A DNA stretch of 64,000 bases, from NCBI GenBank assembly GCA_023381015.1, contig JAMCTE010000016.1:46071-110070 (forward strand). The letters run 5' to 3'. The translations under genes were made by a program, and so were the position numbers. Positions 17,270 to 27,653 of the stretch are shown piece by piece. Source of the stretch: Patescibacteria group bacterium (lineage in GTDB: Bacteria; Patescibacteriota; Microgenomatia; UBA1406; GWC2-37-13). Under the pieces are notes generated by a model that was not told where the DNA came from, ran no database searches, and saw only the letters and a list, made by a program, of their open reading frames with translations. Each line of letters opens with the position of its first letter. Positions within the stretch are counted from its first letter, which is position 1.

Positions 17270-20200
17270 ATGAACCCTGAGCAAAAAAGGACCGCCGAAG
17301 TCATAAAAAAAATACAGAAATTTCTTGGGGAAAAAAAAGAGCAAGTTCGTTCTTGGTGGCAAGGTGAAGAATTTATAGATAAACTAGCCGGATCGATACA
17401 AAATCGGGTAGAAAAATCTGGAGGGGATTTAGAAAAATGTCAAAAAGAATTTACTGAAGCCATTAACATATACGGAGAAGTAGTTCTAAGTGGCAAAGAT
17501 TTTTCTCAAGACTATAAATCAAGACTGAAACTTTACGGATACTACAAAACCATTCGTGACCAAGCTCCTGACCATAATCGTCAAGAAATGAATATCGAGT
17601 CGGAAAACAATCCCAATTTTGAAAAAGAAGTAAAAGAATATATCGAAAGAAAAGTCGAGGAGACGACTATCACTTTCCTATTTGCCAATGCCAGAGAAAC
17701 GGCCGCAAAACCTTTCGATATGGATAAAGAGCATCGACAAATCCGGGCGGTTTTTCATATGTTGTCAGGCGACTGGGTTGCTATGGATACTGGTGACGGA
17801 AAAACTTCTGCCGTTATTCCCATTTACTCAATCATCAAATCGATCTTTCATGACCCAGAAAGACCTCTGCCTCCTGCTTTAATCACCTCCTCCGCCGAAG
17901 GTAAACTAACGGACGAACTGGAAAACAAAGTTAAATCGATGATTAGAAAAATCACATCAACACCCATTGCTAATCAAGATGCAAAAAAATTAGTTACAAA
18001 TAAACTGGCTGTTTTGCAAAAACCTGCACCGAACTATGAGGTTGAGGATAATAAAAACCAATCTGAAATAGAAAAATTGTTCTCTTCGCCGCCCGAAGAC
18101 ATATATTGGATGGCCGGTAACGGCGCTAATATTGGATTTTTATCCCACGAAAAAGTAATTTTTGGGACTGCTCCGGCTTATATTACCGCTTTAGAATCAG
18201 CTTTATCTCAATCAGGAGAAAGAAAGGAAATTATCAAAAGAATCAATGAAATTACTAAAAATAGTATGCCGTTTTTTTGTATAGATGAAGTTCATCTGCC
18301 TCCACAGAATCCTTTTATCGTAGAATTCGGTCGGGAAAAATCAAGGAGCAAGCAAATAGTTAATTTCAAATATGAGACAGTAAAAAGAACCTTGTCCGAT
18401 TATTTGATGATCAGACTGATTTCCGACAGCATATTGTCGACTGAAGAGAATCGGGCTAAATATGTTGTTATTGAAGGCAAACAAGCCCAACTTTCCGATT
18501 TTGGCAGGCAGCATGTTTCCGGACTGCGAAAACAATTGATTCAGGAAATCAATTACTATCTTGACAAATCTAGACACGATCAAAATATCGCAGAACAAAT
18601 AATCAATAAGTTTAAAATAATTATCACTGAGGAAATTGAACCGAACTTTGATTTCGAAGGAGAGTTTTCTGAAGATAGGCTTCTTGAGTTCGTCAGAGAT
18701 TTTTGGCAAGACGACAGCCGATATCTTCCTCTGATGGAAGGTGAGGACAATGATGGGCCACATACCCATACCGATCAAAATTTTCAAATGATGATTGACG
18801 GCTATTTAAAAACAATTGGTTCTTTAGAAAAAGGATCTGATTACATCACCCCTGAAACCGTTCGTGATCATTTACGGGGCATAACGCTTGCTAAACACCA
18901 ATTCGACGAAGAAACTTTATTTTATCTTAACGTTGCCGAACACAAACCATATCTGCAAAGCAGAAAGAATATTGACCTGCAAATTAATTTTTATACCTGG
19001 TTAACAATGGTAGCTCAAGGAAATGTCGTTGGTTTGTCAAATGACCTATTCTATACTGATCCATTATCAGGAAAACGAGAACTATCGCCCCTCGGTGAAA
19101 TGGTCCAAAAGTATACTGATGGAAGAGTCGTTGACCTGGCTCCAAAAAAAGTCGTTTCCGAGCGAATCCCTATTCCTGATCCTATAATTGGGGAAAACGA
19201 CGTCAATTTGATAGATAAAATTGTTGACAGCACAATAAAGAAAAAAAAACCAGAGTTAATCGTTTGTTGGAATGACGACTTTGGCAAAGAACTTTTTCGA
19301 CGATTGGAAAAAACCGGAAGACGTGTCAGAATTATTGATTCTGAAACAAGTGATGAAGCAGCTGATTCTTATCAAGAACAGTTTTCTAACTATGGAATTG
19401 ATGTTTTGATTTCTACCGGTAGAAAAAGCTTTGCTACTGACTTTCGAGACAAACAAGGTAAGTTCACAGATTTTGAAGTCGCCGCCGTTAATCCGGAAAC
19501 TGTCTTTCAAATCAGCCAAGCATACGGTAGAAGAAGGCTGCCAAAACGAGTCGAAGATTTCTCTTTATATTTTGATAAACACTCTTTAAAAATGTCGGCG
19601 TCAATCCTATATCAAGATCGTTATCCTTCTTTTTTTGACTGGGTTAAATTCTTGAGAAATGATGATCCGACTTATCCCGACTTAATCAAACTCTTAGACA
19701 AACCAGGAAACCTTCTTGATAGTAAAGAACAAAATAAACTTAAAAATATCATCATAACAGTCATGGGCAAGAATCAAAAAAGGTTGGTCGGCAATTGGCA
19801 AGACACGATTGATCAAGAAGTATTGTTTATCCAACAAATTGCTCCGAATATCAAGAGAGCTAAAAAAGATTTCATTGAATCTAATTGGCGCAAAGCCTCA
19901 TCCCCTATCAATAGGGTTATTGAAGAAGAAATAGCTAAGGTTTTGCAAGGTACTGCTTTTGAAGAAACCATGACTATTGACGTAAGGAAGAGGATTGAAG
20001 AACTCATACGTAACCAAGCCATCAAATATTTTTCTTCACTTTCCGAAGATGTTCTCAATGATTACTTAATGGACATTAATCTTTCCCATCAACAACAAAG
20101 CCTTGTCGCCAACGAAGTTCAAAGAGAAAAATTTCTCATTGACAAAATGACAGAACGGATAAATAATCAATATCAGGAACAATGGAATCAGGAGTTGTCT

Positions 20201-20650
20201 GAAATTGACGACATTTATTTGAATAGAACCTTGAGGGAACAAATCAAAGAAAAAGCTCATCTGTATATCGATATTTTTAGGAGTATGGACGTTGAGTTAA
20301 AAAGACAAGGTTTTTCTTTGTCTCAGATAGAACAAATGTATTATCTAACGTCACCAAAATACGAACAAAAAAATAATCCTATAGGAATATTACCGCACGC
20401 TGCTATTGATGAAGCACATATTGATGCTTGCCACGAGCAAACTATTAAAGTTTTAGGATCAGGAAAAAATAAAACAGTATATATTAGAAACTCCGTAGGA
20501 GACTGGATCCTTGCTGATAGAGAACTTTTTGAGATCAGATTAATCTCTTTAAATGATATTGTCACTCTCCCGAAAAAAAATCAAGAAGCAATTGATGTTT
20601 ATTTTCCAGGTAAAACATCCAAGTTTCTGAGAGTATTAGTTAAACGATAA
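17270..20650 (+). CDS. Highly divergent SecA-like ATPase
   Basis: RQIRAVFHMLSGDWVAMDTGDGKT (cf. EMxTGEGKT), FCIDEVH (cf. IVDEVD), DVLISTGRKSFATDF (cf. TIATNMAGRGTDI), QAYGRR (cf. QLRGR). Confidence 0.65.
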   Translation: MNPEQKRTAEVIKKIQKFLGEKKEQVRSWWQGEEFIDKLAGSIQNRVEKSGGDLEKCQKEFTEAINIYGEVVLSGKDFSQDYKSRLKLYGYYKTIRDQAPDHNRQEMNIESENNPNFEKEVKEYIERKVEETTITFLFANARETAAKPFDMDKEHRQIRAVFHMLSGDWVAMDTGDGKTSAVIPIYSIIKSIFHDPERPLPPALITSSAEGKLTDELENKVKSMIRKITSTPIANQDAKKLVTNKLAVLQKPAPNYEVEDNKNQSEIEKLFSSPPEDIYWMAGNGANIGFLSHEKVIFGTAPAYITALESALSQSGERKEIIKRINEITKNSMPFFCIDEVHLPPQNPFIVEFGREKSRSKQIVNFKYETVKRTLSDYLMIRLISDSILSTEENRAKYVVIEGKQAQLSDFGRQHVSGLRKQLIQEINYYLDKSRHDQNIAEQIINKFKIIITEEIEPNFDFEGEFSEDRLLEFVRDFWQDDSRYLPLMEGEDNDGPHTHTDQNFQMMIDGYLKTIGSLEKGSDYITPETVRDHLRGITLAKHQFDEETLFYLNVAEHKPYLQSRKNIDLQINFYTWLTMVAQGNVVGLSNDLFYTDPLSGKRELSPLGEMVQKYTDGRVVDLAPKKVVSERIPIPDPIIGENDVNLIDKIVDSTIKKKKPELIVCWNDDFGKELFRRLEKTGRRVRIIDSETSDEAADSYQEQFSNYGIDVLISTGRKSFATDFRDKQGKFTDFEVAAVNPETVFQISQAYGRRRLPKRVEDFSLYFDKHSLKMSASILYQDRYPSFFDWVKFLRNDDPTYPDLIKLLDKPGNLLDSKEQNKLKNIIITVMGKNQKRLVGNWQDTIDQEVLFIQQIAPNIKRAKKDFIESNWRKASSPINRVIEEEIAKVLQGTAFEETMTIDVRKRIEELIRNQAIKYFSSLSEDVLNDYLMDINLSHQQQSLVANEVQREKFLIDKMTERINNQYQEQWNQELSEIDDIYLNRTLREQIKEKAHLYIDIFRSMDVELKRQGFSLSQIEQMYYLTSPKYEQKNNPIGILPHAAIDEAHIDACHEQTIKVLGSGKNKTVYIRNSVGDWILADRELFEIRLISLNDIVTLPKKNQEAIDVYFPGKTSKFLRVLVKR

Positions 20651-20715
20651 TATTTAAGAAAAAAGCGCATTAATTATTGATTTTTCTAAAGATAGTAGTA
20701 TACTATAAGTAACTT

Positions 20716-23058
20716 ATGCCAGAACCAATGCCGGTACGAGGAAAGTTGACAGGTGCTGATATAAGAGGTGGATCGCCTTCTCCTAATCCTTTGAGATCGT
20801 TAATCACGAAATTCCACGAACAACCACTTTCTGTTCAAATTATCGAAGAAGTTATGGGAACGAGCGCAGTTGTTGGAGGAATTCTAGGCTGTAGCTCACC
20901 AGAGTTAATAACGGAACTTTTAAGGAAATTGGGCGGTGATCAAAACGCTTCGCCGCCGCCATCAGGAGAAACTACTGGCGGGGTTCCAACCGAAAGCATG
21001 CCAACGGCAATTCCGACCGAATCACCAACTTATCAACAATTAGATGCTATTAGACAAAAAGTTTTGGAACTGGCGCGCAATAAAAATGGGGTTTCGGTAA
21101 TTGACTCCACTGAGCAATCGGCTTTGACTGATGAACAAAAGACTGCCTTAAAACAGTTTCAAGACAGCCAGCAAGCCAATATAGATACAATATTGTCTGC
21201 ATTTACCCAAAATGCCGATATCTCCATTTTGTCTACCCAAGTTGTTTCCTCAACTACGACTGACGGCAAATTTGAATTCGGATTTTCGACTTTAACGTAC
21301 ACTGATAAAGTTAGCAAACAACCAATCGGTAACGCCTTAAACTTCCAATTTTTGAACAGCGACGGTAAAGTTATCAATGCCGTTCTCATACAAGATCAAG
21401 AAGAAACCATCAACGGAAAAACCGTCAAAAGATTTTTAGCCGTTCCTGAGCCCGGTCAAGGCACAGCCTTTCCTGCTCTAATCGCCATCTATGACAATCC
21501 TAATGACCCTTCGCCGAGTCAAGTATCAGTTTTGGCGCCGGATGGTGGGAATTTTAAAGTTATGTCCCTCCTTGGCAACACCAACAGTGATTCGATAAAA
21601 CAGCTTTTGGGCAAGTCCATTGATACTAGTAAGGTATCTTTCCGAATTGAAAGTCCTGCAATTCAAGTCAAAGATGCCAAAGGACAAGTTTATTCGATTC
21701 CGACCGATGCATTGGAAAATTTTTCTAAGATTTTTAATCTAGATTTGCAGACGGTCGAAACATCAAAAGATCTTCAAGTAACTCAGAATAAAGATGTTTC
21801 TGGCAATACTTTTTTAACAGTTGTCTATAATTTTGAGGCGCCAAATGGGCAAAAATTAGAAGTGCCTTTATACATCGGAGAAAATAAAAACGGCCAATTG
21901 CAGTGGAGCGAATCTTCTCCGGCAAAATTATTTACCCTTCAAGGCAAAACCCTTGAGGTGGTAATAAATAGTTATAGATATAATCCACAAACAAAACAAT
22001 GGGATTTTCTATTAAATGATGGCAGTGATTATTCAAAATTAATACTTGAAAGCGGAAATAGCGTTACTATAACCGGTGAACTTGATACTAATTGGGTATT
22101 TGGACAATTCCAAAAAAGTGACTGGGACAATATATTGGCTAACTGGGATTCTATCAAAACTCAATTGGATAATCATCAAATTCCAAGCGGCTTTAACTAT
22201 AAATGGGATGGATCGCAACAGATAATCGATTTTGCCGTCAAAAATGGCCTAAAAATCCGTGTTCAGCATTTAGCTACAGATACGGATGTTCCGGAAGCAT
22301 TTAATTCCTATTCACCCGACCAAGTAAAAAAACTGTTAGAATTTGTCGTAAAAACCAGGGTAATTAAATATGGTGATCAGGTAACTATCTGGGATCTGCC
22401 TGATGAATCTGCTGGTAGGTCGATTGTCAATCAGGGCTTTTGGACAGGCAATAAACTTTCTGCTTTGGAAACAAACGAGCTAGTTGCCCAATTTGTAAGA
22501 GACATAAAACCTAATGCGCAATTGGCTTTAGTTGATGACCTTGTTATGGACAACGGGTTTCCTCCCGTACCTGACTTCGCAGATAGATATTTTGCTTTCG
22601 TTGATCAACTTATTCAAGCAAAAGTTCCTATTACGTATTTGATTTCCGAAAACAATTTTGGAGTTAACTTTGATCCTGTCAATTCTCAGAAAATCAAATA
22701 TGTTTTTGATCAAGCCAAAAAAAGAGGTTTGATGTTTTATGGTGGAGAAACTACTGTAACAACATCTAATATTTTTGCAGGATGGCCGAGCAGACCAATT
22801 GTAACTAATGTTCCTTTAGCTGATCGGCCGTTTATACAAGGTCAGATGTATTATCAACTTGTTGCTGATTATTTTGACAACGGGGCTAATTCTTTTGGAC
22901 TAGGCAACTCTGATGATACTAATTCATGGCAAAGAAAAGCAGGCAACCCAAATGACAATTCAGCCTTGGCCAATAATGAAAATCCAGGTGATCTGACGCC
23001 AGCTTGGTATTATTTTATGGCCGCATCCTACTCAAACTTATTTTCCCGGTCACGTTAA
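20716..23058 (+). CDS. Putative surface protein with divergent GH10-like C-terminal TIM barrel
   Basis: Possible lipobox ILGC, Pro/Thr linker; IIDFAVKNGLKIRVQHL, WDLPDE (cf. WDVVNE), GGETTV (cf. ITELDV). Confidence 0.55.
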   Translation: MPEPMPVRGKLTGADIRGGSPSPNPLRSLITKFHEQPLSVQIIEEVMGTSAVVGGILGCSSPELITELLRKLGGDQNASPPPSGETTGGVPTESMPTAIPTESPTYQQLDAIRQKVLELARNKNGVSVIDSTEQSALTDEQKTALKQFQDSQQANIDTILSAFTQNADISILSTQVVSSTTTDGKFEFGFSTLTYTDKVSKQPIGNALNFQFLNSDGKVINAVLIQDQEETINGKTVKRFLAVPEPGQGTAFPALIAIYDNPNDPSPSQVSVLAPDGGNFKVMSLLGNTNSDSIKQLLGKSIDTSKVSFRIESPAIQVKDAKGQVYSIPTDALENFSKIFNLDLQTVETSKDLQVTQNKDVSGNTFLTVVYNFEAPNGQKLEVPLYIGENKNGQLQWSESSPAKLFTLQGKTLEVVINSYRYNPQTKQWDFLLNDGSDYSKLILESGNSVTITGELDTNWVFGQFQKSDWDNILANWDSIKTQLDNHQIPSGFNYKWDGSQQIIDFAVKNGLKIRVQHLATDTDVPEAFNSYSPDQVKKLLEFVVKTRVIKYGDQVTIWDLPDESAGRSIVNQGFWTGNKLSALETNELVAQFVRDIKPNAQLALVDDLVMDNGFPPVPDFADRYFAFVDQLIQAKVPITYLISENNFGVNFDPVNSQKIKYVFDQAKKRGLMFYGGETTVTTSNIFAGWPSRPIVTNVPLADRPFIQGQMYYQLVADYFDNGANSFGLGNSDDTNSWQRKAGNPNDNSALANNENPGDLTPAWYYFMAASYSNLFSRSR

Positions 23059-23096
23059 TTTCTTCTAAATAAAACCAAACCGTATATAATATTTCT

Positions 23097-24305
23097 ATGA
23101 AAAAATTCATTATATATTTTATTTTTATCGAGGCCATTATTATTATTTTCTTTATGATAAGAATCAAGAATCTAACAGCTAATTCTATTCAATTAAGCTT
23201 GAATAATATACCAAACCAAACTGAAACAAATATTTTTGGAGAAGAACACGTTATTCATCCTTATCTGGGATTCGTAGAAAATTACAATAAAGTTAACAAA
23301 AATGTTAATCCTTTTGGCTTTGTCGGACCAAGTCCTCAATTTCAAGAAAATAAAAACGATTATGTCGTAGCAATTACCGGAGGCTCTGTTGCTAGATTAT
23401 TTTATTTATACGAAAAAGATTATTTTGTAAACAAATTAAAAAAAATGGATTTTTTAAAAGATAAAAATATCAAATTGATATCGCTTGCTAACTCTGGATA
23501 TAAGGAACCCCAGCAGCTAATGACATTAACCTATTTTCTTAGTTTGGGTGCGAAATTCGACATGATAATAAATATTGATGGTTTCAATGAAGCAGCGCTT
23601 AGTTACATAGAAAACGCACATAATGGCGTTTCTTCTTTTTATCCTCGATCATGGAATATATATGGGGCTAATATATACGATGAAAATTTTAATAAAATAC
23701 TTCCTTATTTAAAAAAAATCAACCAACTCAAAGCTAAAATTCCGTCGATAAATAATTTTTTTTCCAAATCATATCTTAATAGACTTGATTTTATAAAAAA
23801 ATTTTTGATCAACTGGACAATTGCTGATATTGAAATTGAAACTAATAAAATAAATAACATAAATATCAATAATACAAGCGATTATCAAATTTCCGGCCCT
23901 GAAAAGTATTATTCTGACAATGAAAAAATAATTGAAAATATTGTCAATACCTGGAAAAATTCGTCCATAGAGTTAGGATTACTAGCAAAATCAAACGGAA
24001 TAACTTACCTACAATTTCTTCAACCAAATCAGTACTTCCCAAATAGTAAAACTTTGACAAATGAAGAAAAAAAATATGATTATAGTGATAATCAACCTTA
24101 TAAAGATGCAATAGAAAAATTCTACCCAAAATTTATTAGCCAAGAACAAGAATTAGAAAATAAAGGAGTTCAATTTTTTGATATGACTGAAATTTTTAAA
24201 AGCGTTGACGTTACTATCTATAATGATAATTGTTGTCATTATAATGAACTGGGAAATAGAATGATTGCAGATTTTATTGTCAATAAAATACAAGCTTCAC
24301 AATAA
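23097..24305 (+). CDS. SGNH-like membrane-anchored protein
   Basis: ITGGSVA, LANSGYKEPQQL, DGFNE, DNCCHYNELGN. Confidence 0.65.
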   Translation: MKKFIIYFIFIEAIIIIFFMIRIKNLTANSIQLSLNNIPNQTETNIFGEEHVIHPYLGFVENYNKVNKNVNPFGFVGPSPQFQENKNDYVVAITGGSVARLFYLYEKDYFVNKLKKMDFLKDKNIKLISLANSGYKEPQQLMTLTYFLSLGAKFDMIINIDGFNEAALSYIENAHNGVSSFYPRSWNIYGANIYDENFNKILPYLKKINQLKAKIPSINNFFSKSYLNRLDFIKKFLINWTIADIEIETNKINNININNTSDYQISGPEKYYSDNEKIIENIVNTWKNSSIELGLLAKSNGITYLQFLQPNQYFPNSKTLTNEEKKYDYSDNQPYKDAIEKFYPKFISQEQELENKGVQFFDMTEIFKSVDVTIYNDNCCHYNELGNRMIADFIVNKIQASQ

Positions 24306-25270
24306 TGATCAAAACGTCAATAAAAACAATAAAGAATGTTTTTCCAATAAAAATACTTATTTTGCTTGAAATTATAATTATTGCCTACCTTACCATAAGA
24401 ATAATTGAGAATCCTTTTAACTTATCCGTAAACGTCGTTCCAAAAAACGCAATTTTGATATCGCAAAAAGACGGTCTAAAATATTTTTTTGAGCCTAATC
24501 CTGATTATGTCGAAAAAATAAAAGAAAACTGGTTACCAAAACCGGTTGAGTACACAATAAATCATGACACCCTCAATGAAAGATTTAATTACCAAATAAA
24601 AAAACCCATAAACACTTACAGAATTATCACTCTAGGGGATTCTTTTACTTTTGGTGAAAACGTACCTACAGCAAAAAATTGGACTGAGCTTCTTGAAGAC
24701 GATTTAAATAAAAATTTCCATTGCAAAAATGTTAGTAAATTTGAGGTAATAAATTTAGGAGTATACGCGTATGACATGCAGTATGAAGTGGAAAGATACA
24801 AAATCAGAGGAATAAAATACAATCCTGATTTGGTAATATGGACTTTGACAGATTTTGAAAGAATTTTAGAGTTAGAAATGCCCTACATAAAAGCTCACAA
24901 TGCCCAAGCAGTCGCTCTTGAAAAGAAAGGAATCTATTATAAGAACTGGCAAGATGCTCGTATACAATTAAAAAATAAAATCGGCGAAAAAGGATTCATC
25001 GATTTTACAAATCGACAGTTAAACAATTTAACCAAACTTTATAAAAACAGACTATTAATTATTACCCTTCCTAATGATCAATCTTATATTGACTTGATAA
25101 AAACTTTCTCAAAAGAGAATAGTAAAACAAGTTACTTTCAACCAGCTATAGACTGGGGCCAAAAACAATATTTTTATCCTGACAATCATTTCAACGAGCT
25201 GGGAAATCAAAAAATGGAGGCATTGATCTTAGGCTATTTAAAAAACTCTAAAGTCATTCCCTGTAACTAA
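24305..25270 (+). CDS. SGNH/GDSL hydrolase-family protein
   Basis: IITLGDSFTFG, VINLGV, DNHFNELG. Confidence 0.8.
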   Translation: MIKTSIKTIKNVFPIKILILLEIIIIAYLTIRIIENPFNLSVNVVPKNAILISQKDGLKYFFEPNPDYVEKIKENWLPKPVEYTINHDTLNERFNYQIKKPINTYRIITLGDSFTFGENVPTAKNWTELLEDDLNKNFHCKNVSKFEVINLGVYAYDMQYEVERYKIRGIKYNPDLVIWTLTDFERILELEMPYIKAHNAQAVALEKKGIYYKNWQDARIQLKNKIGEKGFIDFTNRQLNNLTKLYKNRLLIITLPNDQSYIDLIKTFSKENSKTSYFQPAIDWGQKQYFYPDNHFNELGNQKMEALILGYLKNSKVIPCN

Positions 25271-26370
25271 AATCTATTAAGTAATATTTGCGTGTATCGG
25301 AATAAGATATTTTCAAAATCAAATATTTTTCTAAATAAATCTTTATCATTTTGATTAGAACCGCTGTTACCCCTTTCCTTAACTATTTTCTTTAAAAGAA
25401 CCAATAGCTGTTTTTTGTTTTTGTATAAATAGCTTCCGTTACCAATAACATATTTATTGGCTCTAATGTTATAAGCAACTACATTATCACAAAGCCCCAT
25501 TCCCTCAATCAACGATGGGTGCGTGCCGTTGGAACGCTTCGTTTCCACATAACAAACGGCGTTTCTGACCAATATGGCGACGGTTTTCCTATCAACAAAT
25601 CCTGTCATGACTATTCGACGATCCTCTTTTGCCATTTTCAAAATCCGATTCTTGTAACCAGATCCATAAGGATCATCACCCAAGAAAACGCATCTGAAGT
25701 CGGTTTTTAGCTTGTTAAAGGCATTAATCAAATTTTCAAGATGATTATCCGGGACGATCCTACCGACCCAAACAAAGTACTTTTTTCTTGCCAACCGGTA
25801 TTTATTTAATACATTGTCCTCAGCATTTTTACCAAGAGTCAACAGCTTTTCTTCAAAAGCATATGGTATATAGACGGTTTTTTTGCCATAGTGATCCAGA
25901 TAATATTTTTCCATGTATAAAGAATCGGTGATCGTAACGCTCGGTAAAACCGTCGCCAAATATTGACTGGCTCTTAAATAGAACCGTCCTACCATCCCCC
26001 ACTTTTCCCGTTTCCAATCCAGTCCGTCAACGTTTATAAAGGTTTTTGTCCCAAACAACCTTGGCAAAAAGGTAAACAAGGCATTCCCAACCCCAAGATA
26101 ATAGATGACGTCCGGCCTGACGAAGATAATGGAATGAATCGTCGATAACAGGCTATGGATAAAAGTCTCGAAATTCTTGCTTTTTATTGTTGGAATTGTA
26201 ATAAGATGTATTTTTTTATATGATCTCCTCTTGCCATCGATATAGGGAGATCTACAATAGGCATAAACCTGATTATTTTCTGCTAAATGTTCCGCTAGAT
26301 ATCCTGCAAACGTCTCGTAACCGCTATAGATAACCGGTATTCCCCTAATGCCTATTATTGCTATTTTCAT
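25267..26370 (-). CDS. GT4 glycosyltransferase (DUF1972 type)
   Basis: IIGIRGIP..YSGYET, NVDGLDWKREKW, VGRIVPDN, HPSLIEGM. Confidence 0.88.
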   Translation of the reverse strand: MKIAIIGIRGIPVIYSGYETFAGYLAEHLAENNQVYAYCRSPYIDGKRRSYKKIHLITIPTIKSKNFETFIHSLLSTIHSIIFVRPDVIYYLGVGNALFTFLPRLFGTKTFINVDGLDWKREKWGMVGRFYLRASQYLATVLPSVTITDSLYMEKYYLDHYGKKTVYIPYAFEEKLLTLGKNAEDNVLNKYRLARKKYFVWVGRIVPDNHLENLINAFNKLKTDFRCVFLGDDPYGSGYKNRILKMAKEDRRIVMTGFVDRKTVAILVRNAVCYVETKRSNGTHPSLIEGMGLCDNVVAYNIRANKYVIGNGSYLYKNKKQLLVLLKKIVKERGNSGSNQNDKDLFRKIFDFENILFRYTQILLNRF

Positions 26371-27632
26371 GGCTCTAATAATAATCCTCTAATTCCCCAA
26401 AACAACACTTGATAAGAAGCAGTCGAGATTGGATTAAATAAACCGTAAGAAAACAGTGACCAGAAAGCGATTACATAAGCTTTTTGGAATTCCGACCCAG
26501 TTTTTAACAAAGCCAAATCATCTCTGGCAAAAATGATTAAAATAGCGAGAAAGACTATCAAACTTATATACCCAGACTCTGCCAGTACTGCTCCAAAAAC
26601 ATTGTGAACAAATTCCTGAGCGCTTTGATCGGCCGTATACAAAGATCTATTTATCGTCGTAATGGCATCTTTTTGCGTTGAGTTCAAATTATCATAATAA
26701 TTGCCAAGACCGACTCCAAGCAAATTAGAACTTCCCATCTCCAGGGCATTTTGTATTTGGTTCAAGCGCGAATTAATCGGTTTGACATCGGTCAATTGAT
26801 CTTGAAGGATCAACCTATCGACAAAGGAATAACCAATCACATAGTTCATAACATTATTAATCAAAAAACCGACAACCAACATGCTGAAAGTAATGACAAA
26901 TATCGTCTTTAGGCTGACCCTTTTAAATTCAATTAAGGAGCCAGCAACGCTGATAAAAAGCATCAATACCCTCGATCTGATATTTGAAACGAAGGAAAAA
27001 AACGTAATGAATATGGAAAAAACATATAACGCCAGATTTTTGACCAGATTTGTTTTAAAAGGAAAAACAAACAACAGCGGTATTAAAATTTCGTCATAAG
27101 TGTCCGTATATATTTTATTATCCTGAAGCTTTGATATGACCAGATCAACGTGCTTTTGATAGATAAAATTGCTCAAATACCTTACAAAAAAATCCTGATA
27201 AAAAACGATTATGGATTGATAACAAGCATTAATTACGATGCTAAATAACAAAACGATGGCAATTTCCCGTAGATACTTTTTATAAAAGTAAAAATCAAAA
27301 AAAGCCAGAAAAGCGATAATAATATCTTTATAACGACTCAAGAAATCGATCGAATTTATCGACACTAAAATTGTCAAAGACTGGATGACAAACAATAAGA
27401 TGATTAGATTGACTGGAAGTTTTGCTTGTTTTTTAAAAACCAGCGAGTTTTTCGTAAAAAAATGGTCGATGATATGGAAACAAAAAACCAATACGACAAA
27501 AATCCGCGCCAAAGCTTGACTAGTGGCAAAAGGATTTTTGAAAAATGGGATAATATAGAAGCTGGGTATTTTGAAAAAAAACAAACCGATAAGAAACAAA
27601 TATAAAAAAACTTTGTCGATTTTTTTAAACAT
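26367..27632 (-). CDS. O-antigen ligase/polymerase-like membrane protein
   Basis: Multi-TM; GVGLGNY, VHNVFGAVLAESG. Confidence 0.75.
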   Translation of the reverse strand: MFKKIDKVFLYLFLIGLFFFKIPSFYIIPFFKNPFATSQALARIFVVLVFCFHIIDHFFTKNSLVFKKQAKLPVNLIILLFVIQSLTILVSINSIDFLSRYKDIIIAFLAFFDFYFYKKYLREIAIVLLFSIVINACYQSIIVFYQDFFVRYLSNFIYQKHVDLVISKLQDNKIYTDTYDEILIPLLFVFPFKTNLVKNLALYVFSIFITFFSFVSNIRSRVLMLFISVAGSLIEFKRVSLKTIFVITFSMLVVGFLINNVMNYVIGYSFVDRLILQDQLTDVKPINSRLNQIQNALEMGSSNLLGVGLGNYYDNLNSTQKDAITTINRSLYTADQSAQEFVHNVFGAVLAESGYISLIVFLAILIIFARDDLALLKTGSEFQKAYVIAFWSLFSYGLFNPISTASYQVLFWGIRGLLLEP

Positions 27633-27653
27633 CGTCTAAATTTTATCAAACCT

